Positions 30,935 through 41,117 of a stretch of DNA of 64,000 nt are shown here, in pieces. This DNA comes from Candidatus Komeilibacteria bacterium (GTDB lineage: Bacteria; Patescibacteriota; Patescibacteriia; UBA1558), in NCBI GenBank assembly GCA_048538275.1, contig JBLYPW010000001.1:113248-177247 (forward strand). Direction: 5' to 3'. Position 1 is the first letter of the stretch, and every line of letters begins with the position of its first letter. The notes beneath the pieces were generated by a model. It made no database searches. It saw nothing but the letters and a program-made list of their open reading frames with translations, and was not told where the DNA came from. Both the position numbers and the translations under genes were made by a program.

Positions 30935-32305
30935 ATGGCGTCCAAGAAAAAAACCGTCAAAAGCGGTGGGACAACTAAAAAAACCAAGACAGCCGCTAAG
31001 CGGAAGTCTACCAGCACAGCCCGACCAGCGCGGGGTGTGAAAAAAACTCGTGGTAAAGCTACTGCCGGCAAAACCAAACGCCGTGTCAGAGCTACCAAAA
31101 AAGTTAGTCAAGCCAAATCCAAGGCTAAAGTAAAAAAAGTAGTAAAAAAGGCAAAAGCCAAGCCCAAGGCAAAGGCCAAGCTCAGGGCAAAAGCCAAGCC
31201 CAAGGCTAAAAAAGTGATCAAAGCAGTAGCGCAAGATGAGCCAATTATTTATCCGGATCCGTCTAATTTAGAGCAGTTGGTACAGAATGGACGTTTGCGC
31301 GGTTTTGTAACGGAAGATGAGGTAGTTTATGCTTTTCGTAATGTAGAAGAGTATATTTTAGATTATGAGGATTTCCTAGATAGGTTGGACGATAATGGTG
31401 TCGGTGTTGTTATACCGGAGGGCGGTATTTTGGATATGGAGATGAATAAGGATTTGGATAAATTGGCGGATTTGATTGATTTGTCGGCCGATTCTATTCA
31501 GATGTATTTACGAGAAATTGGCCGTGTACCTTTATTGACCACGGATGAAGAAGTGCAGTTAGCTAAACGTAAGGAAAGGGGAGATGTGGAAGCGCGTGCT
31601 CGCTTGATTACTTCTAATTTACGTTTAGTAGTATCTATTGCTAAGAAATTTGTTGGTCGTAATTTATCATTATTGGATTTGATTCAAGAGGGTAATATTG
31701 GTTTATTTAGAGCGGTAGAAAAATTTGATTATCGCAAGGGTTATAAATTTTCTACTTATGCTACTTGGTGGATTCGTCAGGCTATCACGCGTGCTTTAGC
31801 AGACCAGTCTCGTACTATTCGCATCCCCGTACATATGGTAGAGACTATCAATCGTTTTCAACAAGTAGAACGGCAATTGATTCAGGATCTGGGACGAGAG
31901 CCGTTGCCGGAAGAAATTTCTGCGGAAATGGGAGAAGATATTGATAAAGTACGGCAGATTATAAAAATTTCTCAGGAAACGGTTTCCTTGGAAACTTCAG
32001 TAGGGGAAGATGATGAAGATAGCACTTTGGGTGACTTTATTGAAGATGATAAAACCATTACTCCGGATCGGGTGGCAGCCTTGCAATTGTTAAAAGACCA
32101 TGTCAAGGCTATTATCAGCGAATTGACTCCACGGGAACAAAAAATATTGGAAATGAGATTTGGTTTGGATGATGGTGTGGCCCATACTTTAGAAGAAGTA
32201 GGACAAGAATTTGGTGTAACACGTGAGCGTATTCGGCAGATTGAAGCCAAAGCTTTGGAAAAGATTCAATCGCATATTGGTATGCGTAAATTGCAGGATT
32301 ATTAG
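30935..32305 (+). CDS. rpoD: Primary sigma factor with Lys/Ala-rich N-terminal extension
   Basis: [33 protein letters not shown]. Confidence 0.96.
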   Translation: MASKKKTVKSGGTTKKTKTAAKRKSTSTARPARGVKKTRGKATAGKTKRRVRATKKVSQAKSKAKVKKVVKKAKAKPKAKAKLRAKAKPKAKKVIKAVAQDEPIIYPDPSNLEQLVQNGRLRGFVTEDEVVYAFRNVEEYILDYEDFLDRLDDNGVGVVIPEGGILDMEMNKDLDKLADLIDLSADSIQMYLREIGRVPLLTTDEEVQLAKRKERGDVEARARLITSNLRLVVSIAKKFVGRNLSLLDLIQEGNIGLFRAVEKFDYRKGYKFSTYATWWIRQAITRALADQSRTIRIPVHMVETINRFQQVERQLIQDLGREPLPEEISAEMGEDIDKVRQIIKISQETVSLETSVGEDDEDSTLGDFIEDDKTITPDRVAALQLLKDHVKAIISELTPREQKILEMRFGLDDGVAHTLEEVGQEFGVTRERIRQIEAKALEKIQSHIGMRKLQDY

Positions 32306-32416
32306 TTTAGTCATAATTATATAATAGGTAGCCCGCCGGGGCGGGTTTGGTTTATCAAATCAAAAAAATACACCCACCGAGCATGCTCGGTGGGTAGATA
32401 TAAAATTATTGTTTTT

Positions 32417-33130
32417 TTAATCATCACAAATATCAAATCCCGCTTCATACATTTTTCCTAGACCGCATAATATTTGCTCTGTGCTGATATCTTGCGGATG
32501 AGACAACATGGCTGGATCAATGCATTCTGTTAACAGATAAGCATATTCTTGATCGGTCATACCATCATAAAGAAAGTTTAGCATATTTTTGACATCTTGG
32601 CGTAAGCCAGTGAGTCTATGCAGGCGCAATGCTTTATGAATGGAGGTTTGTGCAAAACTGGCCGCTAGCATATCTCTTTTTTTGATCGCTTCTGACCAGC
32701 GCTGGACCAGGCTATTGACAGCATCGGCGCCATTGAGCGCGTCAATAAAAGTCAGTAGCAAGGCTTTGACAAAGTAGAATTTTACCGGATCATTAGCTAT
32801 ATCTATCCATTCGCAGGGAATATATTCTTGCTGTAAATTGGACTGGATTTCGCTATAAAATGACCGAAACAGATTGATAATTTTCTGGCAGGTATATTCT
32901 TCATGCCAATCTATTTGCAATTCTTGGCTGACATTATAGAAAATACGCAGGTGGCCGTGCATGTGTCGCAGAATGGCGATAACATCTAAATTTGTATTCG
33001 CCTTGCTCAGGTGATAAACGGTATTATCCCTCCTCCGTTTTATTTTTTGATAAAAGAGCGTTATCAGTATTTCTGGAAAATCCTTGCTCAACGGTTTGAT
33101 TCTTATATAATCATTGCGATGAGATGACAT
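32417..33130 (-). CDS. Hypothetical protein
   Basis: 237-aa ORF with AGGAGG upstream. Confidence 0.65.
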   Translation of the reverse strand: MSSHRNDYIRIKPLSKDFPEILITLFYQKIKRRRDNTVYHLSKANTNLDVIAILRHMHGHLRIFYNVSQELQIDWHEEYTCQKIINLFRSFYSEIQSNLQQEYIPCEWIDIANDPVKFYFVKALLLTFIDALNGADAVNSLVQRWSEAIKKRDMLAASFAQTSIHKALRLHRLTGLRQDVKNMLNFLYDGMTDQEYAYLLTECIDPAMLSHPQDISTEQILCGLGKMYEAGFDICDD

Positions 33131-33208
33131 CTTTCCCTCCTAGATTGTAATGTTCATACCTTTAATTGTAGACATTGTCTCTAGTAAAGTCAATAAAAGA
33201 AAAACCCG

Positions 33209-33655
33209 CTAAGTTTTAGCGGGTTTGGTTTCGTCTGTATTTTCATTGGTTGTGTTATCAGCATTTATAACAATGCATACAGTGGTAAGAATCGGTATAG
33301 ACCAATAACGCCAGGTCAGCAAGTAGTCGGCTGTGTCTGATAGTAGTAAATAATAATGTAGTCGTGCAATTTGTGTGATGAAGATAGGTGCTGCCATAAT
33401 CAGCAAGGGCAAAGTTAAGTTGCGCCAGCCTATTATTTTTTCCTTCATCAGTATCCATAACATTGCCAAGGTAAAACCGACTAGTAAGCTGCTCAATACC
33501 GTCCAGAAATTTAATCCAGTAAAGCGCCAGTCAATATTTGTACAGTACATGTACCCTTGTGATATTATGTAGCCAGCCATTAAGCTTGCAGCAATCAAGC
33601 TGATTATTAATGCAAGCTCCCAAGACCCCATTCCAATTCTTTTGATGGTTATCAC
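33209..33655 (-). CDS. Hypothetical membrane protein
   Basis: About 4 TM segments, GGAGG upstream. Confidence 0.6.
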   Translation of the reverse strand: MITIKRIGMGSWELALIISLIAASLMAGYIISQGYMYCTNIDWRFTGLNFWTVLSSLLVGFTLAMLWILMKEKIIGWRNLTLPLLIMAAPIFITQIARLHYYLLLSDTADYLLTWRYWSIPILTTVCIVINADNTTNENTDETKPAKT

Positions 33656-33808
33656 ATTTCCCTCCCTTTATGTGAATTGTTGATATGTGCTAGAGATTAT
33701 AATTTACTGCCACAGGGCTGTTTTGTCAATGTTTATAAATAACCGGATTTATACTTGATTTTCTTTAAAGTTTATATTATACTGTCTCAAGTCAATATAT
33801 TGGCATAT

Positions 33809-33883
33809 TCCGCGGTAGCTCAGCGGTAGAGCAGTTGACTGTTAATCAATTGGTCGTCGGTTCGAATCCGACCCGCGGAGCCA
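33809..33883 (+). tRNA. tRNA-Asn(GTT)
   Basis: TCCGCGG/CCGCGGA acceptor, GTTGA-CTGTTAA-TCAAT anticodon arm, GCCA. Confidence 0.96.
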
Positions 33884-35431
33884 TGTGAGACGAAGCGAGT
33901 TTAATGACTCGTTTTTTCTCTTATCTAAGCCATTTTCATGTAGTTCAAAAGTGGAATTTAGACGAGGCATCCATTTAAGTAAAAATTCAAAAGACGGTGT
34001 GCATTTTGTAGCTAGTTTAAGGTCTTTTAATTCAAAGTTCAAAAATATTTCACTTAAAATTTCTCTTTTCATTTCTGTGCTTGTTTTAGGATTTAAATAA
34101 TCTTTTTTAGCATTGAAAGCCAAATCGTGAATAGCGACAGCTTCTTTGTAAAAGTCTATAGTATTGTCATTTAGTTTTTTAATCTTTTTCTTGATTAATT
34201 TTTCAGTTGCTGAATACTCCTCAAACTTTTTATTATAAAATTCAAGAGTTATGTTTTTGTCTATTTTATCCTCATAAATAGATTCTAGCCTTTGTTCTGT
34301 TTTCTTAAGTTCAATATTATAAGTTTTCATTTGTGTTTCTTTGTATTCTTTTTGATCGGCAAAACTATCTTTTAAGTTTTTTTCAAGCCAATTTAAAACC
34401 CTTTCATTTTGAGGTGAAATCTTATCAAACAAAGGTAGTATCATTTCTTCCAAATCTTCCTGTCTAATATACTTTTTTTGAGAACAAGGTTTATATCTAT
34501 TACAATAGCCATACCAATGGCCTTTTTGTTTTGCCCATGTTATTGTTCCGCCACATTCACCACATTTTATTTTACCTTTAAATACTGGTAGGTGTTTGCT
34601 ATATCGTGGAGCATTAATCTGTCTTGTGATTTTACTTTGCACTTTATCAAACAATTCCTCGGTTATTATAGCCTTTTGTTTGCCTTGATATATTTTATTA
34701 TTCCACCTTAATTTGCCACAATAGAAAGGTTCTAATAAAAAACGGTGCATAGAGCTTTTGCCAACAGCTTTACCATTTCTTGACCTCAGTCCTTTGTCAT
34801 ACATAACTTCACATAGCTTTTTAAGCGAATAATTGCCTGTAGAATAAAGTTTAAACATTATTTTGATATATGGAGCCACTTCGTCATTTATGACGTGTAT
34901 TTTGTGTCCTTTTTCGCCTATGGTTTTGTAGCCAATCGGTGGTTTTGTTGGTAGCCAGCCCTCTTCAATTTTAGCTTTTTGTCCCTTTTTAACTTCTTCA
35001 CTTAAATTGTCTATATAGTTTTTTGCAAATAAAATTCTAATACCCCAATTAAGCTTTTCTTGTGATCTGGAGTCTTTATGCATAATGAGGCTATCTTTAA
35101 CTAGGTGAACTTTTCGCTCGCCGTCTTGTTTGAGCCAACTGTCAACTGCAACCATATCTTTAAAGTTTCTAGTTAAGCGGTCAGCTTTTTCACAAACAAT
35201 AATCTTGAGTTTTTTATCTTTTATATATTTCAACATCTCACCGAATTTATCTCGTTGTTTTTCGCCGCTTGCACTTTCAGATATTTTAAAAATCTTTTCA
35301 ATTACTAATTCTTTTTTATAACAATATTCTTTCAAGTATTTTTCTTGAGCAGGCAAAGAATATCCAGTTTCTTCTTGTTCTTTACTAGATACTCGACAAA
35401 ATATTATACATTTTTGTTTATTGTTTTCCAT
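33842..35431 (-). CDS. Large serine recombinase/integrase
   Basis: FCRVSS, DRLTRN, CGECGG zinc ribbon; 3' end antisense to tRNA-Asn. Confidence 0.95.
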   Translation of the reverse strand: MENNKQKCIIFCRVSSKEQEETGYSLPAQEKYLKEYCYKKELVIEKIFKISESASGEKQRDKFGEMLKYIKDKKLKIIVCEKADRLTRNFKDMVAVDSWLKQDGERKVHLVKDSLIMHKDSRSQEKLNWGIRILFAKNYIDNLSEEVKKGQKAKIEEGWLPTKPPIGYKTIGEKGHKIHVINDEVAPYIKIMFKLYSTGNYSLKKLCEVMYDKGLRSRNGKAVGKSSMHRFLLEPFYCGKLRWNNKIYQGKQKAIITEELFDKVQSKITRQINAPRYSKHLPVFKGKIKCGECGGTITWAKQKGHWYGYCNRYKPCSQKKYIRQEDLEEMILPLFDKISPQNERVLNWLEKNLKDSFADQKEYKETQMKTYNIELKKTEQRLESIYEDKIDKNITLEFYNKKFEEYSATEKLIKKKIKKLNDNTIDFYKEAVAIHDLAFNAKKDYLNPKTSTEMKREILSEIFLNFELKDLKLATKCTPSFEFLLKWMPRLNSTFELHENGLDKRKNESLNSLRLTWLRGSDSNRRPID

Positions 35432-35595
35432 AGATTTTCTTTAATATAAAAAGGGACGGTCGTAGCAACCCAACAGAATAAAGCAAAAGCTATATTTGTC
35501 AGTACGAACCGCCCCTTAATAGGGACAAATATATAATAAAAGCCTTTGCGTTTAATATTCTTAGTTGAGTTGCATTTATATATTATCATACTCAT

Positions 35596-35751
35596 TTATT
35601 TATGCAAATTGCGTATTCTTAATTCTTTAAGCAAACTAAAGTAATCAACAAGTCCATTAGCTATTTCAGAGGCTTCTTCAAAACTTAAATCATCATCAAA
35701 TTCTTCTTTGACGATTAATTGAAATTCAATTATTGATTCTTTAGATAACAT
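35596..35751 (-). CDS. Small 51-aa protein (MLSKESIIEFQLIVKEEF...), not in the ORF track
   Basis: Hand-translated ORF starting 2 bp after the Rep stop codon. Confidence 0.65.
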   Translation of the reverse strand: MLSKESIIEFQLIVKEEFDDDLSFEEASEIANGLVDYFSLLKELRIRNLHK

Positions 35752-35753
35752 TT

Positions 35754-36530
35754 TTATAGGTGATTAAAGAATATACTTTTATCAAAGACACCAAATCTAA
35801 AAGGTATAAACTCTAAGGAATAAGCTTTGTATTCAACTTCGCCAGTCCATTCAGATTCAAATATCTTTTCAAAGACAGGTTTTACAGTATTTAAAAACTT
35901 CTCTAAAAACCTTATAGCCCAATAGCCCATAAGTTCTATGGCTTTTTTTAATGTTTGTGAGTGAAAGAATTTCTTTTTGCCAAAAGTTCTATCATCAAAC
36001 ATATCTTTACTTAAATACTTACAAACATAAGCTCCAATATTATTTACATTATTAATTTCATTAACCCTAATAAAACCCTGTCCCCAAACAAACTCAAGTT
36101 CAGATATTTCCATAAAAGGTAGCCTGCAGAGCAAATGATAATGAACAGCTCCTCTTTTTTGAAACTCAGGTACAGCTAAATATTCAAAGTCAGGGTATTT
36201 ATACAAAATACGCTTAACAAACTGATTAAATATATAATTAGCTTCTTTTAGTGAGGTAATATTCTTAGCAAAGGTTAAAGTCATGAATTTGTTTAATTGG
36301 GGGTTGGCGTTGGTTAATCGTCTTATCTCTGTTTTTGTTCGATTAAGTGAAAATATTGCTTTTTGTTTCTTTATTTCTAATTGCTTGAAAGCATTTAATT
36401 GTATGGGCTCTTTTTGAGTATTATTATTGTTATCTTTCTTTTTATAGTCTCGCCAGACCGGTTTTTTATACTTAAATACTTCAACTTGTTTGCCAGATAC
36501 CACAATTTTGAGATTGTAGGTATTTGCCAT
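35754..36530 (-). CDS. Rolling-circle replication initiator (HUH endonuclease)
   Basis: FMTLTF motif I, EFQKRGAVHYH motif II, YVCKYLSK motif III. Confidence 0.9.
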   Translation of the reverse strand: MANTYNLKIVVSGKQVEVFKYKKPVWRDYKKKDNNNNTQKEPIQLNAFKQLEIKKQKAIFSLNRTKTEIRRLTNANPQLNKFMTLTFAKNITSLKEANYIFNQFVKRILYKYPDFEYLAVPEFQKRGAVHYHLLCRLPFMEISELEFVWGQGFIRVNEINNVNNIGAYVCKYLSKDMFDDRTFGKKKFFHSQTLKKAIELMGYWAIRFLEKFLNTVKPVFEKIFESEWTGEVEYKAYSLEFIPFRFGVFDKSIFFNHL

Positions 36531-36690
36531 AACTGTTTTTCGTTAGATGTGTGGTTATAATCGAGTTAAGATATTGGCGTTATTTTTATATCATTTTAAG
36601 CAATCTTTTTTGCCGTCGGTGCGGGCATTCCCGCCGGACAAAAAAGCTTGCCCTTAATAAAGTGAATTATTAAAAACATGCTTAAAATAA

Positions 36691-37359
36691 TCATTTGTCT
36701 TTTATTGGTATTAGCCCAGTATTATCATTGGAATATTCTTTATTGTATTGGCGATAATATGGGAATTCGGGATACTTGATAAAATTTACCGCTTCATGAG
36801 TGTTGTAGCAGTTGGCTTTTTGTTTATTAAATAAAAAGAACCGTCTTTTAACTGCTCGTCTACGCAGGTTATCATCTTTTAAATCTTGCAGTTCAAAATA
36901 AGAGACCATAAAAAGCTTATTAAAGAGATTTCTTACTTCGGCAAAGTGTTGCCCTAGATCTCTTATTCTTTTATCTATGTTTGAAGTATGCTGAACACCA
37001 GCCCAAATATCTAAAGGGATGATTTGCCCTTTATCATTTTTTTTAACATCATGCCTATGAGCTGAGAATTTTTGTTTAGCAGACGGTGGCATTTCTTGCC
37101 ATTCCCGAGAGTCAAAATATCCTTGGGCTTCATCAATAAATATTTGTCCGCCTTTTATGTGTAGGAGTTCTGGTATTTCAGACCAAAAGAATACCTTACC
37201 TAGTGTTTCTTTTTTTATCTTTTTCTTTTCTATATATGCTGAAAAATCTAGTTTCCAATTAGCATAAACATCATAGCCTTTTAAAAACATAGAAAGCGCC
37301 TGATAAGTCATATACAGAGTTTTACCAGCCCCGGGTTTGCCTGTAATAATAGTAATCAT
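36691..37359 (-). CDS. Zot/pI-like morphogenesis ATPase
   Basis: ITGKPGAGKT, IFIDEAQ, HRH, Q....IDKRIR. Confidence 0.9.
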   Translation of the reverse strand: MITIITGKPGAGKTLYMTYQALSMFLKGYDVYANWKLDFSAYIEKKKIKKETLGKVFFWSEIPELLHIKGGQIFIDEAQGYFDSREWQEMPPSAKQKFSAHRHDVKKNDKGQIIPLDIWAGVQHTSNIDKRIRDLGQHFAEVRNLFNKLFMVSYFELQDLKDDNLRRRAVKRRFFLFNKQKANCYNTHEAVNFIKYPEFPYYRQYNKEYSNDNTGLIPIKDK

Positions 37360-37361
37360 AA

Positions 37362-37604
37362 TTATCTAATTAGAGTGGCTAGCTTCATAATCAGGGTAAT
37401 AATAAGTAGGGTCATTTCAATAATAAAGACAGCTAGTAGTATTTTAAAAAGCGTAACCACAGGAAAGATTAAATCTATCTTGGCAATAGTTGGAGTAATT
37501 ACAGCAAAAGCATTATTAACAGCAGTTAAAATACTGCTATCGGTATTTGCTTCAGGAAGTAGGTTAAATATTTTTATTAAGATTGTTTCTAAAGTATCAA
37601 GCAT
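37362..37604 (-). CDS. pVI-like minor coat protein
   Basis: 80 aa, hydrophobic, between pIII-like and pI-like genes. Confidence 0.65.
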   Translation of the reverse strand: MLDTLETILIKIFNLLPEANTDSSILTAVNNAFAVITPTIAKIDLIFPVVTLFKILLAVFIIEMTLLIITLIMKLATLIR

Positions 37605-37609
37605 ATTAT

Positions 37610-39280
37610 TTATTCATTATCGCTAAATAAATGAGTAATGCGAAAGATTACATACATAGCAAAGATCAGCCATAAGATAGCTACCACATAAGGTCTTATG
37701 GACTGCGTAAAGGAAATAACTCTTTCATCATCAAAGGAGAAAACAGGGACATCAAGATCATACTCGCCATTATCTGAAACAGACTTAAAAGTTATGTTTA
37801 AAGCGTCAGGCGAGGCTTGACCAAAGTCATAATTAAACAAGTTAGTAAAGCCGTCGTAAAAAGCAAAGTAATAGGCAAAAACCACCTTTGTTTTTAAAGT
37901 ATTTACGAGTCTTGGAAAGAAATAGCCGTCGCTTTCACTGTAGATAAAGTCTAAATCTGAGACACGAACAGAAAAGGGATATTGTCTTTTTACAACAGAA
38001 TCATCAAGAAGTTGCACAATATAATGATAACGAGTACTAGAGGCTTCTAAATTAACAGTGTGATTACTTGTATCTGTCATATTAGATAAATTTTCAGTGT
38101 AATAGTTTTCATCAAGTAAGGTTCCGTCATCAAGATATTGCTTAATGTTAAAGGTAAGAAAGGAAAGTCTGTCAGCAGGATAAGTAAAGTTAAAAGTAAC
38201 ATCTGTATTAGTTGTTCCGTTTGGTAAAAGAAGTGCTTGATCAAAGTCTGGGCTGGCAATTTCTATGTCATAACCGGAGTAATAATCCATATTCTGATAC
38301 CAAACTTCACCCTCATCATAAACAAGATCAAAGTCATGAACGCCCACCATATACATTAGGTCATCATAATTTACGCAATCAGTAGATATACTATCTATTT
38401 CACGAGCAATAATAAAATCTTGCCCACGAGCTTTGAATATCTCACCACTAAACTGGTTATCTACACAATCTATGTTATAGACAATACTATCAAAGCCAGT
38501 ACAAGAATTAGTAAGCCCAATCCTATTTACGCCATTAGTAGGACAATAACCCGATACTGTAGTTATGAAGTCAGCCAGTAAATACTCATCTTGCTCGGGA
38601 CTTGCAATGTAAAATGCAGGTAATGACGGATCACTATAAAGCATATAGTATAAATCTAGGAAGCTAGGTTCTGTTCTGGTACCAACTTGTGAAAAGGTAA
38701 ACTTTTCAATAGAACAAGAACCGCTACAACTATAGCCGACTATCTCTGGCGTAGTATTACCACCAATAGCTGAAATAGTGTAATAAGCCCCATAGTCATT
38801 TATTATAAGACCCCAATCACTATCATTTATTCCAGTAAGTAGAGATATTACTTGTGTTTGATCAAAGTAATAGGTTTTACCAATAACAGACAACTCGCCA
38901 CCATTGGCTTCATTAAACTCTATTAAGAATACAGTTGAATTAACATTATCTCGTATAGTCATGCGCCATGCAGACCCTGTGGCAGTTGTTTTAAAGTGTC
39001 CACCTAAATACCAAGTACTAGCATAACTGCTCAGATCTGCTGACGGATCATAACTAGCAGTATATACAGTTGAAGCAGTAGCCCAGTTATGTAAGTATTT
39101 ATCACTGCCATTTTCTACAATCAAGGCGCCATTTGAACTTGTCCAATTATTTTGGTTATTTACATTACCGGTTATATAATCTGCAAAGTCTGTATTAAAT
39201 GGATCGTGAACAGCCTGAGCATTTGGGATAAAGATAAAGAAAGCAAGACAAAGAAATATTGTTAAGTATAGTTTTTTCAT
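37610..39280 (-). CDS. pIII-like adsorption protein
   Basis: Signal peptide (AQA), beta-rich body, C-terminal TM anchor, inovirus synteny. Confidence 0.7.
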   Translation of the reverse strand: MKKLYLTIFLCLAFFIFIPNAQAVHDPFNTDFADYITGNVNNQNNWTSSNGALIVENGSDKYLHNWATASTVYTASYDPSADLSSYASTWYLGGHFKTTATGSAWRMTIRDNVNSTVFLIEFNEANGGELSVIGKTYYFDQTQVISLLTGINDSDWGLIINDYGAYYTISAIGGNTTPEIVGYSCSGSCSIEKFTFSQVGTRTEPSFLDLYYMLYSDPSLPAFYIASPEQDEYLLADFITTVSGYCPTNGVNRIGLTNSCTGFDSIVYNIDCVDNQFSGEIFKARGQDFIIAREIDSISTDCVNYDDLMYMVGVHDFDLVYDEGEVWYQNMDYYSGYDIEIASPDFDQALLLPNGTTNTDVTFNFTYPADRLSFLTFNIKQYLDDGTLLDENYYTENLSNMTDTSNHTVNLEASSTRYHYIVQLLDDSVVKRQYPFSVRVSDLDFIYSESDGYFFPRLVNTLKTKVVFAYYFAFYDGFTNLFNYDFGQASPDALNITFKSVSDNGEYDLDVPVFSFDDERVISFTQSIRPYVVAILWLIFAMYVIFRITHLFSDNE

Positions 39281-39342
39281 TGTAGTTTTTATTTAATGCA
39301 AGTTAAGGGGCTAAAAGAAATAGCCCCTTTTCCTGCAATATG

Positions 39343-39612
39343 CTATCTCATGAAGCGTCGCGTTAAGCGCCACACAAAGCCGATAGAAAAGATGATCACA
39401 CCAACAATAACAATGTTTACGATATTGGCAGTTATTACACCGACAATATTTTCTTTCATTGTATCTACCACACTAGCGGTAGTTGCTGCGACATCTGTAT
39501 CGACTACGGCGAAAGCACTTGAGCCAAGTGCTAGTCCACTGGCAACAGCCAAGGACAAGGCAGTTAGCCTAGCATTGCTTTTTGAGAGAAAGCCTTTAAG
39601 TTTGGTCAACAT
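39343..39612 (-). CDS. pVIII-like major coat protein precursor
   Basis: Signal peptide ending SAFA, acidic N-terminus, TM helix, basic C-terminus WRLTRRFMR; start corrected to MLTKLK. Confidence 0.78.
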   Translation of the reverse strand: MLTKLKGFLSKSNARLTALSLAVASGLALGSSAFAVVDTDVAATTASVVDTMKENIVGVITANIVNIVIVGVIIFSIGFVWRLTRRFMR

Positions 39613-39622
39613 AGTCTCTTTT

Positions 39623-39775
39623 TTAAGAATTAAGTTTTTTAACGAATAACAATAGCACGCCGACCATTGTTCCAATTACCAAACCAAGTACAATCGCTTT
39701 AGCAAAGACAATGGCAATAATTAAGAAATTGTCTAAGTAGCACGAATTGTTTAGTAAGATGTAATCTGAACACAT
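39623..39775 (-). CDS. Small TM protein (pVII/pIX-like), 50 aa
   Basis: Hand-translated MCSDYILL...VLLLFVKKLNS. Confidence 0.6.
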   Translation of the reverse strand: MCSDYILLNNSCYLDNFLIIAIVFAKAIVLGLVIGTMVGVLLLFVKKLNS

Positions 39776-39776
39776 A

Positions 39777-39887
39777 CTATTTGCCCGACATTATTGTTAA
39801 AAAAATGCTCAAGACTATGTAAAGGACAAGAGGGAAAACCAGCCCTAGGCCAATTCCTGAAAATAAATTGTTTACCATTCCGGCCAT
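39777..39887 (-). CDS. Small TM protein (pVII/pIX-like), 36 aa
   Basis: Hand-translated MAGMVNNLFSGIGLGLVFPLVLYIVLSIFLTIMSGK. Confidence 0.6.
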   Translation of the reverse strand: MAGMVNNLFSGIGLGLVFPLVLYIVLSIFLTIMSGK

Positions 39888-39889
39888 AT

Positions 39890-40042
39890 TTAGGATTTGA
39901 AAATAATTAAGATTATGATGAGTATTAGCAGTCCGAACAAAACCGCAAATGACACGGTAAGCAGTTGGCTAAAAAAGTTGATTAAATCCAACGCATTATC
40001 TGTCAATGTATAGGTATTATCTAGGGTGGTTATAAAATCCAT
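39890..40042 (-). CDS. Small TM protein (pVII/pIX-like), 50 aa
   Basis: Hand-translated MDFITTLD...LIIILIIFKS. Confidence 0.6.
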   Translation of the reverse strand: MDFITTLDNTYTLTDNALDLINFFSQLLTVSFAVLFGLLILIIILIIFKS

Positions 40043-40047
40043 TGCTT

Positions 40048-40311
40048 TTACTCTTTATTGGGGATGTAATAATCCGCAAAAGCCCTTTTTCTTTTCTTGT
40101 CCTGAATGTAATAAGGGAATATTTCTACATCAAGGGTAATAAGATCGCCTTGTTTACCGATTTTAAGATTCATATCCCGAATATTTACTTTCACGGGATA
40201 TAGACTATTCTCGGGTTCTATATACACAAGACGACTTTGGCCTTGAGTTCCGTCTTTACGAGTAAAGTCCCTTATTTCCTCTCTTTTAATTTTGCCTGTA
40301 AGTTTAAACAT
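40048..40311 (-). CDS. pV-like ssDNA-binding protein
   Basis: 87-aa beta-rich OB-like ORF (FTRKDG hairpin) at the head of the virion operon. Confidence 0.65.
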   Translation of the reverse strand: MFKLTGKIKREEIRDFTRKDGTQGQSRLVYIEPENSLYPVKVNIRDMNLKIGKQGDLITLDVEIFPYYIQDKKRKRAFADYYIPNKE

Positions 40312-40555
40312 AAGTTTTGGCTTTTTAATTGATTTAAGTTCGCAATCGACCTTTTAATATTTTGCGATTATGTTTCTAGCTTAAACTAACAAAGTTCTGA
40401 AAAGTTCTGTAAACTTTTTTCAGAATATTAAAAAAGCCCCGTGTTAAGGGGCTTTAAGGGTATTATTTTTCAGAATTTTATCTTATTTTATTAACATTAA
40501 TTTTTTTTATGTAATTATTTAAATCGAATTTTTTAATTAAAAACATATTTCTATT

Positions 40556-41080
40556 TTAATTGTAGCTGTCAATTATTCCATCAATACCATCAAAATAAAA
40601 ACATGAGGGCGTCTTGTTGCTATAACACGCTTGATATTCATCACCAGACCCATAATTAGATTTATTTAAGGAGTTTGGTTCACCCATAATTTCTTTTAAC
40701 ATATCAAATGTCATTCCAATCCAGATTTTATCTTTTACAATTTTTTCACAGTCATCTTTAAGCCATTCAGTGTTTTTTTGACAAATTTTACCCGCTTCAG
40801 TATTATCATACCATTCCAAACCCTCGGTCGTTTTAAGCCATTTTAAATATTCTGCTTCCTTTTCCTGGCGTTCAACAAATTCATTATAACCACTGACGTT
40901 AAAAAGGACATTGTAAGTACCCCACCCAATTAGTCCAATAATAATTAAAACAACCCAAACGCTTGCAGGCGTTTTTTTCTTCGGTTCTTTTTTTTCTTGC
41001 TTGTTTAAAAATTCTCCGCAATATTTACACTTAATAGCATTATCATTTATTTCTTCAGCGCAATAGGGACATTTTTTCAT
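40556..41080 (-). CDS. Zinc-ribbon membrane protein
   Basis: CPYCAEEI...CKYCGE, one TM, IWIGMT...MGEP. Confidence 0.75.
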   Translation of the reverse strand: MKKCPYCAEEINDNAIKCKYCGEFLNKQEKKEPKKKTPASVWVVLIIIGLIGWGTYNVLFNVSGYNEFVERQEKEAEYLKWLKTTEGLEWYDNTEAGKICQKNTEWLKDDCEKIVKDKIWIGMTFDMLKEIMGEPNSLNKSNYGSGDEYQACYSNKTPSCFYFDGIDGIIDSYN

Positions 41081-41117
41081 ATATTTATTGATTAATATCT
41101 GGGTTTTTATAAAAGTT

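Noticed and set aside
39613-39675. Longer start for the major coat ORF
   Set aside because: It overlaps the upstream small TM gene; MLTKLK at 39612 gives a proper signal peptide.
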